Origin: Paecilomyces variotii | Lineage: Eukaryota | Assembly: GCA_004022145.1 (NCBI GenBank) | Contig: RCNU01000003.1 | Length of the DNA: 64,000 bases | Strand: one strand, 5' to 3' | Part shown: positions 1 to 13,161 of the stretch, in pieces | Position numbering within the stretch: position 1 is the first letter of the stretch | Layout: the number at the start of each line of letters is the position of its first letter | Translations under genes and position numbers: made by a program | Notes under the pieces: generated by a model | Seen by the model: the letters and a program-made list of their open reading frames with translations, nothing else | Databases searched by the model: none | What the model was told of the DNA's origin: nothing

Positions 1-1656
1 ATCTGATAGAAGAGGTTTGTCGGGTTGGGGATCGGGTTGGTGCCGTCCCAGCCACTCAGGACGTGACCCATGATCCAGACGCGCTCACCGGCATCCTCTG
101 CTTTCTGGAGTTCCTCGATTAGAAACGCCAGGATCCCCGAGTTGTCGGGGTTTTCAGCGTTGATGAAATTGAGATAATTGCTCGAATACCAGAAATCTAG
201 CAGTGTGTCAGCTTTGTCCTCTTCTGACTTTCCCGCCCTATCACAAGATATGCGTTTTTAGTGAACTTACCAGTGTTAAGGGTGATAATGCGAAGACCAT
301 AGTGGTTCTTGATTGAGTATGCACCGTAGTGCGTGGCAGCAGTACGGGCGGTCTCCGCATCAATCCATCCCTCATGCTGCCACAGTCCAGCAACGTGATC
401 ATAATTCCAACTGAGCTCCGCTCCAACTGTGCCTCCCAATTTATGCGGAGCGTCCATATTGGCTGGGCTGGTGTCATGGTTTCCCAAGGCTGCGAAGACG
501 GGCCCAGTGAGGTACAGCTTGAACATCTCAAAAACGCTAGTCTCGGTGTATTCGACGTATGCTTGCGAGAGCTCTGGCTCAGGGTCATGAGAGACCAGGT
601 CTCCCGTATATAGGGTCCACCCCAGCGACTCTTGCCCCCTTCCCTTTCCAGTCCCAGTTAGAGGACCGACGGCCTGCAGAACCGCAAGCGCTAGATCGTA
701 AGGACTATCGCACTTAAACTCGCCATAGGGGGATGCTGACAGGAGGACCTGGTCAGGCGATGCAGTGTTCGGGTTATTGGCCCGACAGCATAGACTGGAT
801 GAGCAGTTGGCTTCAGCACCCACTGAATATCGTGCATCCAGGTGTAGGTCAGACATATGCAAAACTTTGACGCGCTCCCCGCTGGCCTTGGGGACGCGAG
901 CCGTAGCATTGGCCGGCTTTGGTTTGGGGAAAAGATTCTCTGTGTTCAGAGGGCTCGTCGATGGACGACTGCAGTAGCTCGAGTTGATCGCATGGCAGAT
1001 GTACTCTCCATCGAGCCCAGTGACATTTGCGTAATACAGGACCTGGGTCCAGATTGCGCCAAAATTGGTCGCATTATACGACGACTGACACGATGAATTA
1101 GAGGCAAAGTGGAAGCTTTCACACAGCGATACCATGGCGCCGGGGACGAAAGATGGTGCATACCAGGCCGCTGGTTGGGCGGCAGCCAAAGCAGCCTGGC
1201 ATCTTTGACAACTACTCAGCGAGCTATTGGACTTGATCACTTCGGTCACATTAGCAATGGTTTCCCTGATAAGGTCCTTGGCTTGCGCATGGGATAGAGT
1301 CTTCCTTGCTGGGGGATATGCCACGGGATCCGAATTGACGGTGGGAAAGTTGGTGGGGTCTGTTAATTCGAATGGGTAGACCGTGTGCAATACCGGGTCC
1401 GATATTATCGGCTGCGGTTCCTGAGTTGGAGATGCGGGGAGAATATAGTATGAGCTATATTTATCCGGCACATCAGTATTAACAAGTTAATACACAAACA
1501 TGAGACCATAGCCGGTGGAAATACATACGAGAACGCGGTAGTTGGAAAGCCTTCAGGCGCCACGAAGGACGACTGCCCGGGGATGGATGAAGCGGCTGCA
1601 GTGGGTGAAGGCACGAATCCCACAGCCAAGAGGCCGCTGAGAAGAGGGAGCTGCAT
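1..1656 (-). CDS. Secreted sphingomyelin phosphodiesterase-like metallophosphoesterase, 3' end outside the window
   Basis: Signal peptide MQLPLLSGLLAVGF starts at ATG 1656. Introns at ~1455-1528 and 197-270. Calcineurin-like motifs SDLHLD, TGDLVSHD, LGNHD and IMGH, plus a Cys-rich saposin-like N-terminal region. Confidence 0.85.
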
Positions 1657-2317
1657 GCCGGGAAAACAACTAAGTATTCCCAGCGAAAAATAAGAATAAA
1701 AATAAAAATAGTAATACCCTCTGTACAATTCCTTTCGCCGTGCCCGACGGAGATCCCTGCAATGCACGCGTGGTCGTCAATCAATCCGGGTGCAGAACTT
1801 CAGTCCGAAGTCAAGGCGCCCTGGAAGGAGAAGGAACACCCTGCAACATAAGCGCGCTCCGGGAACTCCTAGATGTCTATATAGCTGTGGCTGCTACCAC
1901 AAAATTGATTTCAGCAATAATCTGAAGTCCGCGTCATTGTCGGATGGAACCGAATTCCACTGAGCTTCTCTCACGCGAGCGAATTGCGATAGAGACAAGC
2001 AGAGCTAAGGACGACGGAGTGCCATCCGGTGTGCTATTTATGTTTAGTCCATCGAAAAGAATTAATCGAAGAATCGTTAAGGGCCTCTTGTGGGGAGAAA
2101 AGTCGGATCTCTTTGCGAGATATGTACACCCTGTCGCATGTGTGATGGAACGGAGATATCATTGGTGAGAGATAATAATATAGTTACATCGGGCTAAGCT
2201 ATGTTTAGCCGGCGGGATCTAGATTCGAAATTAGCTTGGAAATTGGACGATCCGCGGGATCATACTCTTCCATATCTTTATTCTCACTATGTAGTTTCTT
2301 TCGAATGAAGAATTGCC

Positions 2318-2346
2318 ACATATGACCATCGGGTGTGGAAAATAGG
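2318..2346 (+). pseudogene. 5'-terminal fragment (nt 1-29) of 5S rRNA
   Basis: ACATATGACCATCGGGTGTGGAAAATAGG matches the first 29 nt of the 5S gene at 14435-14553 at 27/29 positions. Similarity stops abruptly after 2346. Confidence 0.75.
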
Positions 2347-2448
2347 TTGTCGGGGGGAAAGACTATGCTGGCTAGCTGTCACAAAGTTTGGTCAAGTAGT
2401 GTCATATATGATGTGCAGAATACTGCAGTTATCGTACAAGATTGATTT

Positions 2449-4277
2449 TCAGTTCTTCTCATCAAAATCATCAAACGGAAAGTGCTCGCGGACCCCAGTT
2501 ACATCGTCAGCAGTCTCGGATACTTCGAGCATTTTGCTTTTGATTTCTTGCGCCAATTCTTTCGCAGCTTCGTACTCACTATTCGGGACCCATCCCAATT
2601 CGTCGACGCCTAAAGCATCCCGCATTTGCTCCATTGCAATGTCAGCTTCTTTTTGTTGCGTGTCAAGATAAAGAGTGTCTTGAATAGTCCTTTCCGAGTA
2701 CTGCACAGGAGACAGAGGAGGGTCTCCTTCGCCATGCACCGCAGAGTCAGCTGAGAGCAAATTCTGCCAGCTTCGTATGGCACGAATTATATCAGCCCGC
2801 AGAGTAACTGAGTCACCTTCCCATGGGGTGCCCGCGCTCTTAAAGAGCCGTTGACGTAATATAACGGAGTTGTCAAATATTGCATCATAATGTTCTTCGT
2901 TCAGCCGTCCAGTGAAAGCAGCATAAAGAAAATGAACCAATCTTTTTCGGAGCGTCTCACGTATCGATGCTTGCTCAGAGTGGGATAGTGACTCAAAGTT
3001 TGGCGGAAGATCTAGCTGGGGTTTTCTAAGCTCTTCTGATTCAGGGTCACCGTAGTTCTGAAAGTATTTTGGTATCCCAGCTGCGAGACCCAGAGGAAGA
3101 ATAGAGGAATGTTGCCAATCAATCAATCCAAGTATTTCATTTGAATCTGACACAAGAATATTGTTTGGCTGGAAATCAGGATGTCGCATGACCGGCCGAT
3201 GCAGCGCCGTTCCAGCCCCAAATCCAAGGAAAGGTACCAATTTTAGGTAATCAGACAGATTTCTCATGTGGGTATCAGGCGAGACCTTGGAAAAGTGATA
3301 TATTTCCCTGTAGAGGCGTTCATAGGGAAGTCGAGGTTTCGCGTAATTTTTCGTCCAACATAATTCCCGCTCACCAACAGCCTGAAATATATCAGTAGAT
3401 GACAGCCCTGCTGATAATTAACAAATGACGTTCATGAAAGATGAGAGATCCACGTACACGGTCCTCGGCCAATATTCAGTGTGCTTCTTTCATCATGCCA
3501 CCAACTATAGTGTGCTATTGGTCCTACACAGAATTCAACATCCTCCTGACTTGGTAGAGGAACATTTCTCTCTGACGGAAGGTCTCTGCGATAGTATAGA
3601 CTTCCATACGCGGGAAACTCTAACGACATCAATCGCGCCTCCCACTCGACAATTTGTTTCATGATTTTGTGCTGCTCTTTTGGTGTCATCGAATACCACG
3701 TATCGCCGAGAGGGGTACCGCCCAACTTCTCCATAATAATGTACTCAGAGCCAACAGGGCTTGTTTTTGTCGAACACCATGCGTACACCTCAGGTGTGCA
3801 AATCCCATGTAACCGTAGATAGTCCAGAGTGGCTACCTCGCTAGCCACAGTGTAGTGCTCAGGTACCGTAGACGGATACGGCAACCTCGCAATGACACAC
3901 CTGCCATCTTTGAAAGTCGCCTGGAACAAACGGTTGAATCCGCCTTCCGATAACTTTGAGAAGGTAGCGATGTCGGATGAAATGCCGCCACATGCAACGG
4001 CAATAGCCTTCTTCAGGGCGACTACGTCAAACTTGAGGTAGCGCTCTGATAATCGTAAATGCTCATTGTAACTAATAGACCATCAGGTTGAAGAGAATCT
4101 CCTGATAGAATCAAATACGTACATCCATCTCCCGGATGTATATCCGAACAGTTCATCGGCGGGATATCTAATCGGCGTATGGACGGATCCAGCCACACCT
4201 CTCGTCGATCGAGGCCCATTCCTGCGGAGACATAGAAACCGAGTTTGTAAAGCACTATGGAAGTTCCGTATTCGCAT
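2449..4277 (-). CDS. Aminoglycoside/choline phosphotransferase (APH) family protein, AIM9-like, spliced
   Basis: Joined ORFs give ELFGYTSGRW, EGGFNR, ARLPYP, SEVATLDYL, HPDFQPNNIL and GLIDWQ. The N-terminus is Arg-rich and resembles a mitochondrial presequence. Confidence 0.8.
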
Positions 4278-4903
4278 CTTATCGAGAATTCAATTTCTGG
4301 GAGTCACATAGATCAAACCAAGAAATGTGTCAGGATTCAGGAGAAGTGTTTACCACTCCAGAAACGGCGGCTTTATCCTGACGGAAAAACAATATTTCCG
4401 AGTTTGCTGTCAACGACAGAACAAGCACATGAATCGGCAGTAATAATAAATGGCAATTAAAACGTGAAGCTAGACTACCCTTAATGAGTGATTATATTTA
4501 ATTTCCTCCACCTACGCGCTTATTCGACCCCGCCGTCAAACGAGAAGTAATTTCTGGCTTCCCATACGACCGGCTGAGCCCCACAATCCATATGTAGTAA
4601 ACAGTGTGATGGGGGGCACCGGATCTCTTTTATCGTTCAAAACAAGAAGCTATTCTTGTAGAAGACGAAAGTGGGACGTATCCTGAGAAGAATGAGGTAA
4701 CTATATTGTTCCACTCCAAGGAGTCACTGCAGGGGAATTTCTGTTGGGCTCATCCTCAAACACGTAATTGGACTACGTCGTGACATGTTGCCGCTCATCA
4801 CCATTAATTCAAACCAAGTGTGAGATCATTGCGAAGCTCGAAAAGACTACAGTCTATGTATACATTTGAGTACAAATATCATGCTTGCAGCATAACTCGC
4901 CGC

Positions 4904-6340
4904 ATGATCTCAAGATCTGTTATTGCCTCCTGGGGCATACCGCGGCTGTCCATCATTTCCAACGCAACCTATTCGACGTTGCGTCGGATGGATGATTTCC
5001 CATATACCTCAACTATTGACGCAGAGCCTCTTCACCGCTACCAAAAAGGCGGCTACCATCCCATGACGTTAGGAAGTTTTTTGGATAACAAGAGATACAA
5101 GATACTGCACAAATTAGGGTGGGGAGGCTACTCGACAGTTTGGGCTGCAAGAGATCTCAGGTTGTACAAATTGCAGTTGCTGACTTCACTTCGAGCTAGA
5201 CAGGACTAACTTGTTTCCAGAGAAGAAACGTATGTTGCTATCAAGGTGTCCATTTCTGAAAGAACGGATAGTGAGATAAATCGAGAACTCGACGTCATGA
5301 AGAAGTTGGCATCTATACACCCAAGCCCTCAACACTTCATACGCATGCTTGATGATTTTAACTTAGAGGGTCCGAACGGGACCCATAAGTGCCTCGTTTT
5401 CGAGCTCCTAGGACCAAATATCCCTGATATGATTGATGCGCGCTTTCCTGATGGCAGGCTTCCAGCGCAGCTTGCAAAGGCCATTGCAAAACAAGCGCTT
5501 TTTGGACTTGACATTTTGCACCAGCAGAATATTGGACACGGAGGTAAATCACGCTTGCATATTTATCTCTTGGCGTCCATATCTGATAATTGTTATCTAA
5601 TGCAGACTTTCATACTCGCAATCTAGCTTTTGCCATGCCTTGTATGGACATATCTGAGGAGGAATTTATTGAACTCCTAGGAACTCCAGAGATCGGCTAT
5701 GTCGAAAGGGGCGATGGAAAAGCTCTAGAGCCTAACATACCAGAGTACATCGTCAGGCCTGCCTCATACCGGACATTTCCTTGGCCGTCGTCGAGTTCAA
5801 TCAAGATTGTTGACTTCGGTGAATCATTTTTGCACACGACTATCCCTCAGACTCTTCACACCCCACTACCGGTCCGAGCACCTGAGGTTATTTTTGGAGA
5901 CCGTTTGGATTATCGTGTGGATCTGTGGAGCATGGGATGTATGGTGAGTACGATTGGTAGAAGATAGAAGTAATCTAGAACGATACTAATTGGTATGTCA
6001 GCTCTTTGAGCTTTTTGTTGGCCAACAGCCCTTTGATAGCTTCTTAATAACACCCACGATACTCGTCGGTCAAATGCGAGAAATGGCAAGCGATGCTCTA
6101 CCTGAGAGATGGCAAGAGGCATGGAAGACAATGGATGATAAAGCTGCCACCAAAGAATCAGGACCCTCGTTGCAACAGTGGTTAGAAGACATGTATTTTG
6201 ACGGTGAACGGAAGGAAGATTTGACGAAGGAAGATATAGCTAAGCTGGCGCAAATTATTGGAAAATTGCTGCGGTTTGAGCCGTCTACCAGGGCGTCAGC
6301 GAAGGAAATTTTAGATGATCCTTGGTTTAATGGTACCTAA
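4904..6340 (+). CDS. SRPK-like (Sky1/Dsk1-related) Ser/Thr protein kinase, spliced
   Basis: YQKGGYHP, KLGWGGYSTVWAARD, VAIK, HG|DFHTRN, VDFG, RAPE and DLWSMGC. Introns at ~5162-5220, 5543-5605 and 5944-6001. Start codon uncertain. Confidence 0.85.
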
Positions 6341-6500
6341 ATTAATAGGTTATTTATCACGATTTACTAATGCAAATCATGCAGATTTTCATATCCTAAA
6401 TATATCAACCATAAAATGTCCCGAATATACATTATTAGTCCAATCTTGGAACATTTCTCTGAAATCTCCGCAGCCCCGTTCAGATTAGTTAGAAAGACAA

Positions 6501-7854
6501 TCATAAATCATACAATTTATCGATGGGAAATGAATCCCTGAAATTCTCTTCGCCACCCTCGTTTGATTTGAGCGTCTTCAACTTGACAAAGTCGTCGATT
6601 TCATGTTGCTGCGTTTGGTTCAAATCCCAGATACGGTCTTCAAGCGAGGTAAAAGGCCCATAGTAACGCCGATCGATAAATGTCCAAATATATCATTGAA
6701 CATGGAGCTATACCTCACGGCCAAGCACACCCAGAACAATCCAGTATCCATAGAACGCTCCATTGGCGGAGAAAGGCGCTGTGATTCGGACAGGTATTGT
6801 CGTTCTATTGATTCATCTTCGCAATCATGTAGTGCATCCAGAAATATACGGAGTTTCCATAACTGATGGAGATCCAATTCTCAATCCTCGGGACTTTGCA
6901 ATAAGAGCCACCAGGGTGCTGTGTATACAAATTCAGCAGGTGCAACATGTGTGAATTCCCAATTAATGACTCCAGAGATACTATGGTTCTTAATATTAAT
7001 AAGGATATTTGAAGGGCAGAAATCATCATAATAAAGCCGAAATGGCCCTTGGCAGTTCTCGCTAAAAATCCTCCTCGCAATATTAAGAAATAAAAGGCGA
7101 GCTGTAAATTTCCTCCTGCAATCCTCCTGGTCCTGAACAATATCATTTTGTTAAAACTGAAGATGAGTTAACTGTTGTAAAGTAAGCGATTTGATATAGT
7201 CCATGGCTGACTTGAAGGTATGCGAAGGGAAAGCTTCCTCGGGCATATTTGCCGATGCCATCAACTCATTCATATTAAAGGTAAGTGGTCGCCTTCCAAC
7301 GATAAAACGCCCCTTATACTCAGTTAGGGTGCCGATCGCATTAAATTCAAGCCTTAACAGTTTTAACATAATTGCGGCCATTTCGCAATAAGCTCGCCTT
7401 AGACTTCAATCGCTCAATTATAGGCTCAGGACTGGCCGTCCTTCTGCAGAACAATCTTTTAGAAGCTGAGATAATAATTCTCCTTCAAGGAACGACATAA
7501 TAATATAAGGATTAACCACAGAGATGCCAGAACTAAATATTTGGGGATAGGTATCAATATTATATAGCGAAGGTACTTCATGGTTGCAACTTTATTTTCA
7601 ACTTTTTTGCAATAAAGTATAGCTTTTTTAAGAGCAGCAAAGCGGACAATGGTATGTAAGCCATCTTCATATCTGACCAGATAGCAGATATTGAAAGCAC
7701 TGTTCCTCCAGAGACAAGCAGACTTTAGTTCCCCAGGCCGATGCTTTGTGGCATGCTGTATGGATAGGATCTCAGGGGACTTATTCAAGAGCAGTTTCAA
7801 CCAAGCGGTGAATTTTCGTTCTTGTTGCTTTTCCACGACATGATCGAATTTCAT
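6501..7854 (-). pseudogene. Disrupted APH-family phosphotransferase
   Basis: Fragments in several frames: NSAFNICY, ENKVATMKY, RPLTFNMNEL, YYDDFCPSNILI, GVINWEF and APWWLLL, separated by stops and frameshifts. Confidence 0.8.
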
Positions 7855-8357
7855 AGTTTTGCGGTGCAGCTATCACGCTTAGAAAGGGGGAAATAGAGGA
7901 AAGAGAGAGATAGCGTGATGTCTAAGATCGAAACTCCGCTCCTGGAGGACGACATTCCTACACCGCCCTAAGTAACTAGCTCTGGAGGACTGCTTAGTTA
8001 CTCCGTACTTAAGTACTCGGTGGGTTCCGTATCAAGTTGCCTTCACCTTCTTCCTGGATGACAGTGGCAGCTTCCCATAATAGCTTCACATATATTCCCC
8101 AAAATGTCTTCTCCCTCACTTTCTTCCTCTGTTGTGGCACCTGTCGTCTCAGGAATAATGAATACCTCATTGTCCATCGATAGTTTAGAAGAAGCTCTGA
8201 AGGTGTTGAGTTGAAGGTACTTCAATCTCGAGATCAGTCCTGATCTAAAATTTCACATTCCTGAGATTGTCCTCCATGCTCCGGCAGTCCGAAATCTTCT
8301 TCGAGGCGCAAACGCTCAGAACCGTGTTCTTTTCTATGACAGAGAATCACATATACT

Positions 8358-8710
8358 TATGATGGCTTTCGCCAGTCGACCAAAAAGGAGAACTCCTAGT
8401 TGGTCTGCCTGGATCTCTAATAACTTACTACACGTGGGATGGCGAGACCAGTCCACGATGCAACCACCATGTTTGCGAGTGAGTTGTTGACAAGCATGGT
8501 TGCAGATGGATTCATCCCCTTCGCCCTAAGAAGAAATGTTGTTATAAGCACGGGTGGCCATATAATGTCCCGCATACGTGATCATGGATCTAACAAAATA
8601 TACCAACCTCTCTCTTGCTTTTGACGATAAGAAACTCACATCAATAATCATATGATGGTTTTCTACCAGTCGACCAAAAAGTTGAACTCTTAGTTGGTCT
8701 ACCTGGATCT
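8358..8710. repeat. Imperfect direct repeat of ~59 bp (8358-8416 and 8651-8710)
   Basis: Both copies share the core CCAGTCGACCAAAAAG..GAACTC.TAGTTGGTCT.CCTGGATCT. Confidence 0.8.
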
Positions 8711-8980
8711 TCAACACAATATTCGATTGGTTCAGTAGGTGAAGCTGCTTATCAGGTGATTCATACAGAGGTCTGGCAGACCGAAACATACACGTTGGAA
8801 TCCTGTTCTCATATTTATATCTCTCGCGATATACCCAGAAAGAGAGCCATAGTTAGAGCATGTTTTCGCATGTTATTCTAGAAGATAGTAACAGTAAGAC
8901 TTATCGCGGTTGAGGTTAAGATGACAGGTTGCTAGACAGCAGCAAGTATGTACTACTTATTAGAGCATGGAACACTAATG

Positions 8981-9014
<34 letters not shown>

Positions 9015-9264
9015 CGATGACTATAAACTCCCAATTAGGTACAGTTAAACATATATAATTATGCAATATGCATTATCAGGCGTCCGCCGTAAAAAGGTTG
9101 GCGGTGAATAGATGTGGTGATGTAAGTAGGTATTGTACCCATTCTTGGGAGGCCGTCCGAATAATTTTGTCGGCTCCTCATATCTCTACCTCTCTCTACT
9201 TTCTATTGCTACTCTCATCAACCCTACACACTTACCATCGCTACGAGTATCCAGTGTCACCAAC

Positions 9265-10223
9265 ATGAATTCCGGGTTTCCACCTGGAGTCATTGCAAGG
9301 CTGTTCAAGGGCATGACAATACGTGTCCAAGGCAGTGATTACTTGCTTGGAAGAGCCATCTCTGAGGGCTACGACCAAGACCTCGCACAACTGGTAGCGG
9401 TATTCGAAAGTACAAGACTCACTGATCATGAAACTGTCGTTCTTAAGCTACGAATCCAGTAAGTTACTTCTTTCTTTGTCTATGTATCTAGAATTACTCT
9501 GGAGTCCGCCTACTTTCAATATGTACAGCATCACATTCAGAATAGATGTGGCTTCAGTTATGCAGCCTAGAGAAGTGCTGCGCTCTTTGGCATATCTTGC
9601 GCTAAATAGTTGCATCTTTTCAGACTAGATCCAGAGTCAATTCCGGAGAGAGATCGGGCTGGAAGGCTATGGATGGCTACAAACTGGTTTAGGGAGGAAG
9701 CGCGGCTCCTTAGAGAGTGCCAGTCGATAGAACACAGGACGCCACACTTCTATAGTCAAGAGGAGCTTGTTCAGGGGGCTAGTGGTTTCTTTCCTGGGGG
9801 ATACTTACACGTTATTGCGATGTCAAAGGTCCCTGGAAAAGCGGTGACTTCCTACAAGAAGTTCACTGAAAGCGAGATTATTGCTATGCAGCACCAACTT
9901 ACGGCTACACTCGAGTAGGTAGCTCTTATAACCCAGTCCAGTTATACCTGCTAACTCTGAATCTATAGACATATGCGTGTTCGAGGGTGGCGTTATAGCA
10001 GCCCCAATCAAGATGATCTGTTCTTCGATCGCAGCACCATGCACCTGTCAGTACAAGCTCTTGTAAATCCTTCGAGTATTGATGCGAACTGCTATATAGA
10101 TCCCTGGTAGGGCTCTCTGGTATCGGGCCTACACAGCCGAGGTCAAATATGACAATCACGCCAACATCTTTCGATGTCACATCATTCGGTCTAAACGCTT
10201 TACCACACACTAAGGGGGATTAG
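9265..10223 (+). CDS. Small kinase-like (probable pseudokinase) protein, 4 exons
   Basis: Introns at 9459-9623, 9915-9968 and 10047-10099 give one continuous frame. It contains VVLKLRIQ, EEARLL and PGGYLHVIAMSKVPG but no HxD or DFG equivalent. Confidence 0.6.
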
Positions 10224-11512
10224 CAGATCTAGATTGTTTAGTTCTATATTTAGACGCCCAAAGGAATTACTGCGAACAGATAATATGACAGATCACCTGC
10301 ACGGACTTTATGCGCTGACATATATTAGAATAGTAAATGTGTATGGGATAATTTGCAATGTCGAACAATAAACCTCCAATAATACTACATTGTTGTATTT
10401 AGAAATATGTTTATACTTATTTATATTACAGAATAGGTCATGTTTAAAATTGTATAAGAAAGAACAGAATAAACAAAATCCTTAATGTTTAGTCGAGTCG
10501 ACTTCCAGTAAAAAATCTGACGAATATCAGAGAAAAGATACTTCATGCCCGGTCTGCATCTAGAAAATTATGGAAGGCAGATGAGAGGCGTACGCACACC
10601 TGCTCGTGCATAACCCTGTTTAACTTCCTTGAGGGTTCCGGTTAACCGGTATATAGTCCACTGGCTGATTGGACCGACATATATTCCTCCAAGTCCAAAT
10701 GAAACTATTACAGAAACATTCTTTGATGTTACATCTTTCGGCCTAGACAGTTTACCACATATGATGCGGTAATTAGGCGGAGACCTTATATACTGGAAAC
10801 GCTCCTGGGCTCCATCGTATATGCCTGGGTGGGTGATATTCCAAGTGAGTAGACTAAGGAATTCGTGTATTTCTAGTGTTCCCTGTAGGGTGCATTTAGG
10901 CAGGATATATAGTTCCTATAGGCCTGAATATCTGGTAATTAAAGCTCCTATCACCTGGGTTCATGATACACCTCTCCGGTCTCCCCAGGACTGTGAAGAT
11001 AAGACACTTGATGAAGCCACCGCACAACTTCACAACTTCAAGCCATCACCGTGAACCATTCACCCCGGACATTCCCTGAATAGCCAGGTGGTTCCTGATG
11101 GAGTACCCCCGCACCTTTTCCTCAGCAAGCTCCACCCGTAGGGATAAATAGCCCGAACTTGCTAAATAATTAAAGCATCAGGCACCTTCAGCCTGCGATA
11201 TCCGTTGTTTCGGATAGCGCTGCCATCGCAGGTACAGCTCGGCTTCATACAGAGGTCTGGATTCTGACATACACACATGGCCTCTTTGGATCTTTATCTA
11301 CTCTGTCTACATATTTTGAAGACTCTCTTTATCAAGCATACATAATTGCAACTGGCCGGCATTTCCTGATTTGAGGATCCAGGAAAAACGTTGAAAAGTC
11401 TCGTAGGCCGTACTGGCTTCTGTCTATCAACTCCCCAACCCCCCAGAAGGCGGCCACTTCTTTAATCAAGCCCAGCATAACATCAATTAAAACTAGTACC
11501 GCTCTCAATAAA

Positions 11513-11812
11513 TCTGCCAGAAAGCTAGTGAGTTTAAACTATTCATAACATGTCCGAACTATCTACTAATCTATCTTAGTGCGAAAACGAGGCGACTCTA
11601 CTTGCCTGATCACCGGCTTCACAGAGCGCATAGAGATAGCGCATATCTACCTTCTTTCCCTAGGCCAGAAGAGCAAGACATAACAGGAGCAGTTTTGGGA
11701 AACTCTGTCTAACTACTGCATATCAGATAAGAAGGCCGAAATACTGGGACCTCAATGAATGGAGCATTGCGCCAATCTTATGTACTTCCGTAATATCGCC
11801 CATAAATTGTGA
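11513..11812 (+). pseudogene. HNH-endonuclease-like remnant
   Basis: Manual translation gives CLITGFTERIEIAHIY..FWETL..CANLMYFRNIAHKL with in-frame stops, the C..AHI..NL..H pattern of fungal HNH_2 proteins. Confidence 0.55.
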
Positions 11813-12592
11813 TTGCGCCGCAGGAAGTTCGCGCAGTCGCCACGACTGCTTTAACGTAAGTTTCTCTTCCGTTCCTAAGCGTCGTAGTCACTAATAAATT
11901 TGCCTAGCTTCCGGACGCTGCTATTCCGGCCGCAGAGCGCCTTGTGCGTGCGACTGCGCGCCTTGAGGGGAGATTCGCTGCGAGTCGTTCTTGCGGCCGC
12001 CAGGCTGAGCGGGTTGGTCGTTGTTTGGAGGAGGTGCGAGCTATCTATGCTGAACGACTATGGTCATGGGGCCCTCCGAGCCATGACAAACAGGAAGTTC
12101 CCAACAGCTCAGGTACCTTGGCAACTCCCGAGTGAGAGTTCTATCTTCTTGGTAGCGAGAATGGATCCTCTGGTCATCTTATGAGAACCTTTTCCGGCCT
12201 CTGGGGTCAAGGCGGTCGTTGACAGCCTTACAATCTTCTATAATCGGCGATGCCTTATATACAGATGATGTGCGGCGAAGGGTCTTCGTTGGAAACAATT
12301 GAGCTATGCAGTTCGGAGAAAGAGGAGCTCGCGGCCAAGGTACAGCGCCTTGCCAATTAACACACCTACCTACAGCACATCAAAACACACAACAACAGCC
12401 TCCTTTTTTTGCTGTGCAAACGATTAAAAAAATTCCAAGGTACCTGCTGCACGCAATATTTGTCTTCGTGAACGCAAACCAGGACCAGTCCAAATAGCAC
12501 TCAATAAGAAGCGGAAGCACGTTCCAGAATCCTGGTCAGAATGGGCAGCAGCAGGCAGCAAACACAACCACGCAGATGAGGCCAGCTCATTC

Positions 12593-13144
12593 TTGCTGGA
12601 AGGAATGTCGCCGATATGTGGAATTTCCGCGTTGATAATTTGCTTATTTTCTATATGTCTAATCTTACGGAGCGATTCTATTAAGGATCACCAAGGGAAT
12701 CGGAGACTATATGACAAAAACAACATGAAGAGTGTTGTGTGGTGCATTAATCCTGCGCAACAGTTTTTCATCGGAGCCGCACTTCACCTCTGTGGGATTG
12801 ATGCTCACATCTTCCATGCCGAATTAGATCATTTTGAGAGGGAGATATTGGTCCAGAAGTTCTGCACCCAGCGTAACTCCTATTATGTTCTTATTTGTTC
12901 GTTTTACGTGAACTCTGCTGGTTCGAACTTGCAAAGTCTTTGCCGGAATATGCACTTGTGGGATATTCCTACCTTAGACCGGTATGTACAACAGGCCGTA
13001 GGCCGTGTTCGTCGGCTCGGGCAGAGGAAAATCGTGAAAGTATACGATTATGCAATGGACTGGCAGCGCTCGGATAAAACCGCAATGAGGTCAATTCCGA
13101 CGACGGATATGCTCACTTTGAGAGTCCTCTTACCATCACTTTAG
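12593..13144 (+). pseudogene. Isolated SNF2-type helicase C-terminal domain fragment
   Basis: SAGSNLQ (motif V) and QQAVGRVRRLGQ (motif VI). No N-terminal ATPase lobe is visible upstream. Confidence 0.65.
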
Positions 13145-13161
13145 AGACTTCAAAGTTGTAT

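Noticed and set aside
8003-8013. CCGTACTTAAG match to the 5S interior (also CATACGACC at ~4563)
   Set aside because: Only 9-11 nt with no extension, so compatible with chance.
8981-9014. (TTTTC)n/poly-T tract as a retroposon tail
   Set aside because: No target-site duplication or adjacent RT/SINE body. It is a simple microsatellite.
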